A stretch of DNA of 63,872 nucleotides, the filler included, from Octopus bimaculoides (Eukaryota), in NCBI RefSeq assembly GCF_001194135.2. It is 5 parts of 4 records of this genome, joined end to end, with 100 filler letters (N's around TTAATTAATTAA, not from the genome) between each part and the next. Parts side by side here need not be neighbours in the genome. Positions count along the whole stretch, not along the records: positions 12,151 to 25,846 come from NC_068989.1; 4 more parts are not named here. The stretch is one strand, 5' to 3'. Under the pieces are notes generated by a model. The model was not told where the DNA came from. It ran no database searches and was given only the letters and a program-made list of their open reading frames with translations. The position numbers and the translations under genes are program-made. The number at the start of each line of letters is the position of its first letter. Within the stretch, counting starts at the first letter, position 1. Positions 12,107 through 23,042 of the stretch are shown here, piece by piece.

Positions 12107-12792
12107 NNNNNNNNNNNNNNNNNNNNNNNNNNNNNNNNNNNNNNNNNNNNTATATATATATATATATATATATATGCGTGTGCCCATAGAGAAGAAATAC
12201 ATTTTTGTGTATAAAGTATTATATAATTCGAGGGGATAAAGATATTTGTATGTATGTATAAATCTTGACTGGATTAAAGTCTCATAACACACATACATAG
12301 ACATCAGAGCTGAAAAATATAAAAACGAACATGAAAAATGGTGTTAGATATTCGTACACCGAAATAGAAGGAAGAATCCATTGTGATGTGATGTGATGTG
12401 ATGTGATGTGTGTGTGTGTCTGTGTGTGTGTGTGTGTGTGTACGTGCATATTTGTATGTATGTATATATATGTATGTAACTATAAATGTATGTTTTAGTT
12501 CGCTATTAAATCCTGCGTATATTAAATATTTATCTCTCACTGGACGGAATACATGTTGCTGATCCAACTATATATGTGTGTATGTGTGTGTGTGTGTGTG
12601 AAGAGAGTGACGCACACACATATACATATATATGGATATATATATATATAGAGAGAGAGGGGGGGAGAGAAAGAAAGAGATAAAGAAAGAGAGAGAGAGA
12701 GAGAATGAGAGAGAAAGAGACAGATCGATAGAATGATAGATAGATAGATAGATAAACAGACAGATAGATAGATAGAGAGTCAAATAAATTTC

Positions 12793-12834
<42 letters not shown>

Positions 12835-13391
12835 CAGATCCATAGATAGATAAATATGCATACAAATATATTTTATTTGCATAAAGCGTACTTTAGAAGA
12901 TCTGCTTGTACTTGTATAGCTATATATAGTATTATATAATTTGGGGTGAAAGAGCTACTTATAAGTATATAAATATATTTATACGCATAAAAACATAAAA
13001 TGTGAGGAGTGAAAAACTTCTAGAAATATATTTATTTATACATATAAAATTTAATAAAGTTTGAGAGAGAGGGTCACTTGTACGTATACAAATATATTTA
13101 TAATTGTGAGATAAAATTTGGATATAGAAATAAAAATATATTTTTACGCATAAGATATAATTTGGTGAAAGAGAGAGAGAGAGAGAGATAAAGCGGAGTG
13201 TAGATATGGCTATATTTGTTTTGTTCAGTGAATCTTATATTAAAATATGTTTGAACATACATCTGTCTATCTACACATGTATCTAACCTCGCTAGCATCT
13301 AAGTACATGTCTGTCTATGTATGTATGTATGTATGTATGTATGTATGTACGTATGTATGTATGTATGTATGTATGTATGTATGTACGTATG

Positions 13392-13446
<55 letters not shown>

Positions 13447-13837
13447 CTCTGCCTATTTGTCTGTTTGTCCGTCCGTCTGCCTGTGTGTCTATCTTTCTTT
13501 CTATCTGTCTATCTTGTATGTTTTATCTGTTACTTGTGTCAGTCTGCGGCCATGCTAGGGTACCACCTCGACAGGTTTTGTCACACATAATATGATGGAT
13601 ATGTATAGTGATTAACTGAACGCTATTAATTAAAAAAAAAAAACGTTACAGAATATAACGCCAACGGTAGCCTATAGAAAGATAAGGGGTAAAGGAAAGA
13701 AAAAAACAAATAAATGAAAAGTATATAACGATACGTAAATAAAATAAAACCCTATAGTCTTGGAAAAAGATATATCAAGTGGAAGTGAAATGTAAGAAGA
13801 AAATTAATGTTTAAATTATATATAATGATTGATATCA

Positions 13838-14620
13838 CTTATATGAACTAAAGGTGTGTTTCTGCCAATGTTTACATCGGTATGCATGCTCTATAACCGT
13901 GTTTACAAGGGGAATTTTAGAAAAAAGAATAAAAAATAGTTCAGAATTACACAGAAGCCAGAATTCCTTGTCTTTATCATAAGGTATCGAAATTGAGAGA
14001 ATCAACCAATCTAAATTAAATTGTTTATTGTGGTCTTTTAGATACCAAATTATTTACTAAGCCCTGTACTGTTACGTTTATTCCTATCCCTAAATGTAGA
14101 GTAATGATTAGAAATTCTTTTAGATAACTGAGAAGATGAGCTGCCTATATAAAAAAATACTTCATTACCAGAAGTAATTTTACACTGGTATATAGAATTT
14201 TTAATTTTAGAGTTACTTGACATAAACTTGATTCTGTTGTAATTGACTTCAGAGACAATAACCTTGCTATTAATATTTCTAGGGGGCTGGATGGTATTAG
14301 CTAAACTAATGTTAGTATTAGTAAATCTATCACTATTTAACAAGCTAATATTATGTGAGGAGATAATTTGTAGAAGACTTTTTGTGTTGGAAAAACCAAT
14401 CCTAACCGTGTGCGAGTTGATAATAGAGTAATACCTAGAATTCTTAGGAAAATTCATAATAATAGCTTCACGAAACTGCAAAGGAGTTTATACACAGTGT
14501 ATTTAGAATGACTAATTTCAAAGACTGTATTGAAATCTTAATAATGGATTTACAAATGCAATGACCAATCTTAAAGGTTATTGGATTTTACTCACAAGGT
14601 ATTGGAATCTTATATGTATA
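13838..14620 (-). mobile_element. Penelope-like retroelement relic, GIY-YIG endonuclease region
   Basis: NFPKNSRYYSIINSHTVRIGFSNTKSLLQIISSHN...SIYQCKI...YIGSSSSQLSKRISNHYSTF...TGLSK*IWYLKD...W...PY...LC...N...CKH follows the Penelope C-terminal pattern (FN..TvK.SYS..N...I..HN / Y...YiG / R..nH..sF / TeLSk.iW.LK). One in-frame stop and frameshifts upstream. Confidence 0.88.
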
Positions 14621-14664
14621 CCATTCTGCCTAAACAATGGATTTACAAATATAAGCAGAATTCA

Positions 14665-14865
14665 CAAAAAGACAACAGACGAAGACAGGTGGTGTAGAAA
14701 ACAAACAGATGTATTAGTATAACGCTCCGGAATTGAAAAAGTCTTTAACATTTCGAGCCNNNNNNNNNNTATTAGTATAACGCTCCGGAATTGAAAAAGT
14801 CTTTAACATTTCGAGCCTATGCTCTTCCACAGAAAGGAACACAGAAAGAAACAAGGAGAGAAAAA
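14665..14865 (-). mobile_element. Penelope-type terminal repeat with a degenerate minimal hammerhead ribozyme motif (14799-14838)
   Basis: Minus strand reads cuuu-CUGUGGA-A-GAGC-auag-GCUC-GAAAU-GUU-aaag: stem II GAGC/GCUC, GAAA, stem I cuuu/aaag. The core deviates from CUGANGA. Adjacent to the GIY-YIG relic. Confidence 0.6.
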
Positions 14866-15312
14866 TATATATTTACAAATATAATATCCCTACATTCACT
14901 CTCTATTTCCTATCTTATCAAAACTAACTATTGCTTAACCATCCTCTCACACCATCTCCGAAGAAGAGATATAATAAATATCCTGGAAACAGCTGTAAGA
15001 CCTTCAATTTATAAATGTTCTAAAATATACACAGCCTTGATTTTTTTTTATCTCATTACGAAATGTAAATCCTTATATATTCACACGCTGGTATATGACC
15101 TACGTTGGACCCCTTATTTGCATAATCACCGAACCTGGAGTTTAACTATGGTCCATTCTCAGCACTTACTCATCATTACCTGAAACCTCTGGGTCTAATT
15201 AACTCCATTACCGCTCATAACCTCCTCTCTCTCTCTCATAACCTCCTCTCTCTCTCTCTCTATCTATCTATCTCTTTCTCTCTCTCTCTCTATATATATA
15301 TATTTATATACA

Positions 15313-15363
<51 letters not shown>

Positions 15364-15681
15364 NNNNNNNNNNNNNNNNNNNNNNNNNNNNNNNNNNNNN
15401 NNNNNNNNNNNNNNNNNNNNNNNNNNNNNNNNNNNNNNNNNNNNNNNNNNNNNNNNNNNNNNNNNNNNNNNNNNNNNNNNNNNNNNNNNNNNNNNNNNNN
15501 NNNNNNNNNNNNNNNNNNNNNNNNNNNNNNNNNNNNNNNNNNNNNNNNNNNNNNNNNNNNNNNNNNNNNNNNNNNNNNNNNNNNNNNNNNNNNNNNNNNN
15601 NNNNNNNNNNNNNNNNNNNNNNNNNNNNNNNNNNNNNNNNNNNNNNNNNNNNNNNNNNNNNNNNNNNNNNNNNNNNNNNNN

Positions 15682-15713
<32 letters not shown>

Positions 15714-15726
15714 CAAAGTATGTGTG

Positions 15727-15770
<44 letters not shown>

Positions 15771-16261
15771 CATAGAAATGTATATGCGTACATACACACA
15801 TACACACACACATGCTTATACGTACATACGCACATACACACACATACATATACTCACATATATACACTCATACGCACACTCGCGTGCGTACACACATTTG
15901 TTTGCGGAATGTGTGTGACCATAAATTGGATGTATATTTAACGTCGAACTTCTAGAAGGAAACTAATTTTCGTTGACCCTTGTAGATGACCTCGTTTTGA
16001 TTCACCGTTGAATCTCGGTGGAAACCGTTCCACTTCGTTGAGAAACGCCGAAACTCTCCTTCATCTTCTAAATCGTTATCAATCTCAATGAAGCCTGTTT
16101 CCACCGAGCATCGTATCTTGCTAGAAATAGCAACCAAATCTTTCTCAAATTATATCGTATTGAAATAATAAAGGAAAATGTACATTGGAGAACGTAGTCC
16201 TAGATAAACTGAACCGGGAAGACGTTTATAATGCGGTTGTTCAAATAGACAATGTGGGTTT

Positions 16262-16405
16262 AAAAAGCTCGCTTTCCAGCCACGTCATTTTGGGTTCAGT
16301 CTCATTTCATGGCAATTTGGGCAAATGCCTTCTACAATAGCCCCGGGCTGACGAATGCCTTGTCAGGGAATTTGGCGGACAGAGCCTATGTGGAAGCCTA
16401 TCGTA
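16262..16405 (+). mobile_element. tRNA-derived SINE 5' half (type B variant)
   Basis: gggttcagtctc...catggcaatttgggcaaatgccttctacaatagccccgggctgac. Confidence 0.8.
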
Positions 16406-17452
16406 TGTATGCATGCATCCATGCATGCATGTATGTATGTATGTATGTATGTATATATGTATGTATGTATGTAGGTAGGTAGGTATTATGTATGCATGTA
16501 TATGAATGTTCATGTATGTGCGTAGATCGGANNNNNNNNNNNNNNNNNNNNNNNNNNNNNNNNNNNNNNNNNNNNNNNNNNNNNNNNNNNNNNNNNNNNN
16601 NNNNNNNNNNNNNNNNNNNNNNNNNNNNNNNNNNNNNNNNNNNNNNNNNNNNNNNNNNNNNNNNNNNNNNNNNNNNNNNNNNNNNNNNNNNNNNNNNNNN
16701 NNNNNNNNNNNNNNNNNNNNNNNNNNNNNNNNNNNNNNNNNNNNNNNNNNNNNNNNNNNNNNNNNNNNNNNNNNNNNNNNNNNNNNNNNNNNNNNNNNNN
16801 NNNNNNNNNNNNNNNNNNNNNNNNNNNNNNNNNNNNNNNNNNNNNNNNNNNNNNNNNNNNNNNNNNNNNNNNNNNNNNNNNNNNNNNNNNNNNNNNNNNN
16901 NNNNNNNNNNNNNNNNNNNNNNNNNNNNNNNNNNNNNNNNNNNNNNNNNNNNNNNNNNNNNNNNNCACACACACACACACACACGCACATTGTTGTGTCT
17001 GGGGAGAGTCATTCTGTCATTCTCTTTCAGTGACTTATTATTTAACACACTCACCGGTAAAGTTTCCACTCATTTACTTATTCATTTTTTTCTAGAAATT
17101 TCGTTGCTTCTTGCAACCTTTTCAATAGTCATTGACTCTGTCCGTTCTCAAAGCTGCGTTCTTTTTGTTTGTTTGTGGACATGTATGTATGTATGTATGT
17201 ATGTATGTGTGTATGTGTTTATGCATGTATGTATGTGCGTATGCATATATGTATGTATGTGTGTACGTTTGTATGTATGTATTCTGCACATTCATGTGTT
17301 TGTGTGTTCGTGTTTGTGTGTGTTTGCATGTGTGCATGCGTGTACCTATGTCTCCTTGTGTGTGCATCTCTGAGTGTCTGTGTATGGGTTTTTGTGACTA
17401 TCTACTGTGTCTGTTATGTATGGATGTGTCTCCATATGTGTGTCCTTGTGTG

Positions 17453-17495
<43 letters not shown>

Positions 17496-17714
17496 CTTGT
17501 CTGTTCATATTATCTATGTACCTATCTACCTGTACGTCTATCTGTTTATATTCATATCCATTTACCTACATACATATGCATATACATATATATACGTATA
17601 CCTATACATATATACTCATATACACACACATACGTCTATATAACAGCCCACTAATTATTCTACCAGTATATACATATATATATATAAACTGTGGGTGTGG
17701 GGATGTAATTATCT

Positions 17715-18151
17715 ACTACGTATATTTCCTATTAATATTGGGGATATTTCATTTATGAGGATGTATTACTCTATTCGTTTCAATGTTGGGTCCATCGGGT
17801 GCTTGGAAAAAAATGCAGATGTCAAGTTGGCCCAGGTTGCCTCCATGTTGGTCCTTGGTATGTTGGTAGAGTATAGAGGACCGATTTTTGTCGTTATATT
17901 GTCTCAAATGTTTTATTTGGTCTTTCCGCAATGCTTCTAGATGTCTCACCTATGTATATCGTGTTCTTGTCTTTACAAGCATCTTCTATGCACCTTATGC
18001 TGTAGACTACATTTCTAGTTCTACAGTTAATGGCAGGGTTAATCCTACATACCATGCAGTTACCATTGGTGCATGTGGTATTCTCAAAGGGGTACGTCCT
18101 ACATAGTCGTGATCCGATGGAGCTCCCTGGCTTTTCAACGATCTTAATGTT
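17715..18151 (-). mobile_element. Second Penelope-like relic, Cys-rich GIY-YIG endonuclease
   Basis: NIKIVEKPGSSIGSRLCRTYPFENTTCTNGNCMVCRINPAINCRTRNVVYSIRCIEDACKDKNTIYIGETSRSIAER / (frameshift) QIKHLRQYNDKNRSSILYQHTKDQH: classic VVY..C..C..YIGET.R...R..H...S.L..H...H motif. Confidence 0.9.
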
Positions 18152-18179
18152 TTAGTTTGGCATCCTTCAGAGCTTTCCT

Positions 18180-18301
18180 AAATCTCGCTTTGTAGCCACG
18201 TCATTTTAACTTCAGTTTCACTTCATGGCAATTTGGGCAAATGCCTTCTACTATAGCCCCAGGCTGACCAAGGTGCTACGCAGTGGGCTTCTCACCACAG
18301 C
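18180..18301 (+). mobile_element. Rearranged type B SINE fragment
   Basis: Plus-strand SINE sequence switches at ccaa to minus-strand SINE sequence (ccaaggtgctacgcagtggg...caccacagcc). Confidence 0.7.
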
Positions 18302-18814
18302 CGGAGAAAAAGAAAGAAAGAGAGATAGATAGTTAGATAGATAGATGGAGGGCAGCAAAACAACACGGCAGCAGGATTACTCCAGCCAATAAACGCATGA
18401 ACAAAACATCTGCATTACGTGACATCAATAATTTTTACGCTATGAAAGCTGTTTCTAATTCAAATCTTTATTTTGTTCTGCTTGTACAGCAGTGCTGCTC
18501 ATCAGTAGATATGTTTTATGCTATCTGAATGTATATAACTCAGCTCAGAGATTCGAAATCGTTTCGAGGTGACTCGAGTATACAGTGCAAACGACTTCAA
18601 ATAACAGCGATATATCGATAGCCACCGTTCTCATTCACCTACAGGATGATTGGTTTCGTGCTGGTTCGAGGTATGCAGTGTTTTTCACAATCGATATCTT
18701 GAAAAGACTTCTCGATGACTCCACGGCCAGTAAGCGCACAAACAAAACATATATTAAGCAAATGATATCGGTAATGCTTACACACCCACGCCCACACACG
18801 CATTTACGAGAGGC

Positions 18815-18952
18815 TTCTTGCTGTTACTGTGTAGAGAATCCAGTCAAAAGGCTTTGGCTCGGAGCTAAAGTAGAAAACAGACTTGCCTAAGGTGTCACAC
18901 AGTGGGATTGATCCCAGAACCATGTGGTCCGGAAACAGACTTCTTACCACAA
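18815..18952 (-). mobile_element. Type B SINE 5' half
   Basis: aaggctttggctcggagctaaagtagaaaacagacttgcctaaggtgtcacacagtgggattgatccc...accatgtgg...cttcttaccaca. Confidence 0.85.
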
Positions 18953-19017
18953 GCCTATGCATATGTTTGCATTTAGACACACGCACACGTATATACAATT
19001 ATCTCTCTCTTTCTCTC

Positions 19018-19061
<44 letters not shown>

Positions 19062-20104
19062 TACATATAAATACGTATATATACATATAAACATATATAT
19101 ATATACACACATAAATATATGTGTGTGTTTGTGCATGCGTAGGAGTATCAATATGTGTGTGAGTGTGGATGGGTGTATATATATATGTATATATACGAAT
19201 ATACATGCATATATATACATATTTATACATGTATAAGCATATATACTCGTACATCTACGTACACCGCGCCTCACACTCATGAGGCGTGTATATTTGTGCG
19301 CATTCGTATAAGTACGTATGCGAGTGTGTAGATGGGTGCACATACCAGAGTATATTTCTGTGTTTATTATATGACATATTATATATCTAGAGCAGATATG
19401 TGTCATCCTAGCCATGGCCACCACCGCAGCATGATGTCTTTAAGGCGGGAAGTTAACGAGTTCAAACGCAGTTGGGTAAAGGAGGGGTGGGGTGTTGTTC
19501 TTAAAGTTTAAATTACCGGCTGGATCTAACTGTCTGTTTATATATCTACATGGATGTAGATGTATATATGGGTATGTATGTATGTATGTATGTATGCGTG
19601 TGTGCGTATGTATGTGGGTAAGGTTGTATGTATGTATGCCATTATATGTGTGTGTATATGCATGTAACGAAGTGTATGCATATGCATGTGTTAAAAAGGG
19701 TGTTTGTAGGCAGGTTTGTGTATATGTGTGAAATTATATGTACGTAAGTATGTGTATATATAAAATTACGTGTATATCTGTGCATATATGTATATGCGCA
19801 TATTACATACGTGCGTGAATATGTATATGTATGCGCAATTATGTGTAGTGTGAGTGCATATATGTATGTATGCATATATATATATATATATATATANNNN
19901 NNNNNNNNNNNNNNNNNNNNNNNNNNNNNNNNNNNNNNNNNNNNNNNNNNNNNNNNNNNNNNNNNNNNNNTATATATAATTGGAATTCAGTTATATTAAG
20001 TACTTAAGTTGAAGCACCAAGTCAGTCCGGTATTATCCGCAGAGCTCGAAGGTGATTAAAATCAAAATGAGTAACAGGATATCCAGAGGTGATGCAGTAC
20101 GACC

Positions 20105-20217
20105 GTTTCAAACGGCTCCGTTTAATTAAACAATGCAATCATTACATCAAATTAAATGCACTGCATTTCAGTTGATGTCATGATTGCATTGTTCAATTAA
20201 ATGGAGCCGCTTGAAAC
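20105..20217. repeat. 113-bp near-perfect palindrome (56-bp arms, 50/56 matches, 1-nt centre)
   Basis: Left arm gtttcaaacggctccgtttaattaaacaatgcaatcattacatcaaattaaatgca; reverse complement of right arm gtttcaagcggctccatttaattgaacaatgcaatcatgacatcaactgaaatgca. Confidence 0.97.
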
Positions 20218-20520
20218 ATGTATACATGTGTGTGTGTGTGCGTGTGCTTAAGTATATGGTTCTGTATGCATGTATGCATGAATGTATGCGGTTGTATGTG
20301 TGGAATTATGTACATATATGTGATATGTGTATATGTATGTTTGTACATATGTGTATATGTGTACATGTACGTATGTGTAAATATGTATATGTATGTGTGT
20401 TTAGGTATATTTGTAGTGTGTATGTACGTAGATTTATATATGTGCTTATGCATATCTTTGTGTATGTACGAAGGTATGTGGGTGTATATGTGTATGTTTG
20501 TGTATATTTGTGTATATCTT

Positions 20521-20826
20521 TTATCTTTTACTCGATTTCGTCATTAGACTGCGGCCATGCTGGAGCAAAGCCTTGGAGTATTTTTTGTCGAATGAATCGA
20601 CTCCAATGTTTTTTTTTTTAAGCCAATACTTATTCTAGGCTCACTTATGCCGAAGCGCTAAGCTACGGGGGCGTAAACACATCAACACCGGTTGTTTCCG
20701 TCTACCAAATCCACTCAGTAGGCTTTGGTTGGGCCGAGGTTATAGTAGAAGACACTTGCCAAAGTGCCACGCAGAAGAACTGAACCCGAAACAATGTGGT
20801 TGGGAAGTAAGCTTCTTACCACACAT
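20521..20826 (-). mobile_element. Near-full type B SINE
   Basis: Tail (gactgcggccatgctggagc) through head (aagcttcttaccacac); lacks the internal microsatellite. Confidence 0.9.
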
Positions 20827-20835
20827 CAAAAGATT

Positions 20836-21745
20836 CTCAGGCTAGGGGTACGTTTAATAAAAAAAAAAACTTATTTACGTAAGTTTTAACATCATCTCCT
20901 TTAAAATAATCACCTTGCGCAGCAATACACCACTCCCAGTGTTCCTGCCACTTTTGGAATCCAGTCGGGAAGTCGTAATCCGTTAGTGAGTCGAGGACCT
21001 TCTGCGATTCGCTCTGGATCTCAACAACCGTGTAAAAAAGGCGATCTTTGAGCTGCATTTTCATCGTGGGGAAAAGATGGAAGTCTGCAGAGGCTAAATA
21101 TGGCCAACAGGGCGAGTGCAGAAGCTACACCATGTTGTTTTGGGTGAGAAACTCATGAGTGAGGAAAGCTCGGTGATTGGCTGGCTGCATTGTCGTCGTG
21201 ACAAATCCAATTCTTCGCACTCCACATATCCGGTCGCTCTCGCCGAATGTCCTCCCTCAAACACTTCAAAACGTCGCTGTAGAACTCTTAATTAGCGGTC
21301 TGGCCCTGGTGGGGATGAATTCTCAATGCACAATTATACATTTCCGGGAGTGACGCGCATGGCAGGTCTTCTAAATCGCTCATCGTCTTCCAGGGGTGTT
21401 CTTCAGCATTTGAAGCGTCCGTGCCACTCGAAACATTTGTACGACCCGTTACCTCATTGCCGTGAACTTGCCGAAGCATGCTCAATGTCTCTGAGGCTAA
21501 CTTCTTCAGTTTAACGCAAAATTTCACATTGGCTTTTTGTTCCTGTCCTAGACAAAATCGCAGACGACAGCATACACGTGATCACAAAAACACAAATTTC
21601 ACAACTTGTGAAGTAAATACAGCCATGTCACTCGGCACACTGCTTCATGAAGCTTACTGTTATCTCTCACTGTGCACGCAACCATGTGCTGCCATCTGCT
21701 GGGTCGTTACGGAACTAGTTCGAGAACGTTTTAGTACCACCTCAT
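20836..21745 (-). mobile_element. Internally deleted mariner (D,D34D) transposon
   Basis: 5' TIR ta|tgaggtggtactaaaacgttctcgaact at 21745. N-terminal KFCVKLKKLASETLSML; then GQTAN*EFYSDVLKCLREDIRRERPDMWSAKNWICHDDNA...PYLASADFHLFPTMKMQLK...QKWQEHWEWCIAAQGDYF. The first catalytic D region is deleted and the 3' TIR is mostly lost. Confidence 0.92.
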
Positions 21746-21753
21746 AAATATAT

Positions 21754-21800
<47 letters not shown>

Positions 21801-21849
21801 ACTGACAGTGTGTGTGGGGGGGAGTGTGTATGTATATGTGTATCTTTGT

Positions 21850-22052
21850 CTGCGTTTGTCTCCGCACCCACCGCATGACAACCTGTGTTGGTGTACTTGC
21901 TTCCCCGTAGCATAGCAGCTCGGCAAAACAGACCGATGAAATAAGTATCACGTTTTAAAATATGAGGTCGATTCATTTGACTAAAAATTCTTCAAGGCAG
22001 TGCCCCAGCATGACCGCAATCTAATAACTAAAACAAGTTAAAAGATAAAAGA
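21850..22052 (+). mobile_element. Type B SINE 3' half
   Basis: gtttgtctcc...gacaacc...ggcaaaacagaccgatgaaataagta...aaggcagtgccccagcatgaccgca...aaaagataaaag. Confidence 0.85.
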
Positions 22053-22529
22053 TTAAACATATATATATATATATGTATGTATATGTCTATCATATGCATG
22101 TGTACGTGTGCACGTGTTTCAATCTGTTTACATCTATCTTCACCTTAGTGTGTTTCTCTCTGCCCCATTTTTATATGTATGGGAGTTTGTGTGTATAAGT
22201 GTGCATGCGTATACATCTCTCCTTGTATCTGATTAATCTCTGGTTGGTGAATGCGTGTGCGCATGCTTATGCGGATGTGTGAATGCGTGCGTATGTACAC
22301 ATATATACACATGCACATACGTTATTCACACGTCACTGCACACTGTGCGTTCGGGATATCCTTGCGCCGCTTTTTTGCCGATGGCATCTGTTACTTTGCC
22401 ACCAGGGGTCTCCTGCCCGTGCCGAAGCCCCGTATCACAACGACATCCTTCGTTAAAAAATATATATGCACGGTTTTCAAGGGTAAAATATATAAACGAT
22501 ACAGAATTTATTTACATTTAATTTTGATT

Positions 22530-22705
22530 GGAGACCGATAGAATAAGTACTAGGCTTACAAAGAATAAGTCCTGGGGTCGATTTGCTTGACTAAAGGCGG
22601 TGCTCCAGCATGGCCGCAGTCCAATGACTGAGACAAGTAAAGAGTAATATATATTCTCTTTCTTTTACTTGTTTCAGTCATTTAACTGCGGCCATGCTGG
22701 AGCAC
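22530..22705. mobile_element. Two type B SINE tails joined tail-to-tail (inverted repeat)
   Basis: 22600-22644 gtgctccagcatggccgcagtccaatgactgagacaagtaaagag versus reverse complement of 22655-22705 gtgctccagcatggccgcagttaaatgactgaaacaagtaaaag. Confidence 0.93.
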
Positions 22706-22981
22706 ATTGTATTAAAAGCCTCCGATAAATTGCAGCACCTGACACACCTTTCCATCAGAGAGATCGGATCACTGCTCTTTGTTCTTCTTTGGTGCACATT
22801 CCTGGTGGAACGGCTACGCTCACACTGTAAAGTCAGAAAGAAAAATGGCGGAACCAGACTCGAACTTCTATTACGTGACCACAATAGTACCAACTATAAG
22901 CACGCATGCGCGGAAGGTAGTCTGACAATAATAAAGACATGTTGTGGTGAAAGTGCGGATAATTTTTGATTTCCCCTCGTA
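22706..22981 (-). mobile_element. 5' fragment of a second mariner family
   Basis: TIR ta|cgaggggaaatcaaaaattatccgcac; N-terminal CTKEEQRAVIRSL*WKGVSGAAIYRRL (mariner paired-like HTH start); truncated at the SINE tail. Confidence 0.85.
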
Positions 22982-23004
22982 CATATATGTGTGCATGTGT
23001 ATGG

Positions 23005-23042
<38 letters not shown>

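Noticed and set aside
14712-14817. Exact 48-bp direct repeat flanking an 11-N gap
   Set aside because: Typical unmerged overlap of contig ends, not a biological duplication.
22330-22455. HDV-like or twister ribozyme fold
   Set aside because: A P1/P3-like pairing exists (tggcat/gtgccg, ggg/ccc), but the P1.1 GG, J4/2 and 3' P2 strand are missing; twister pseudoknot pairings were not found.
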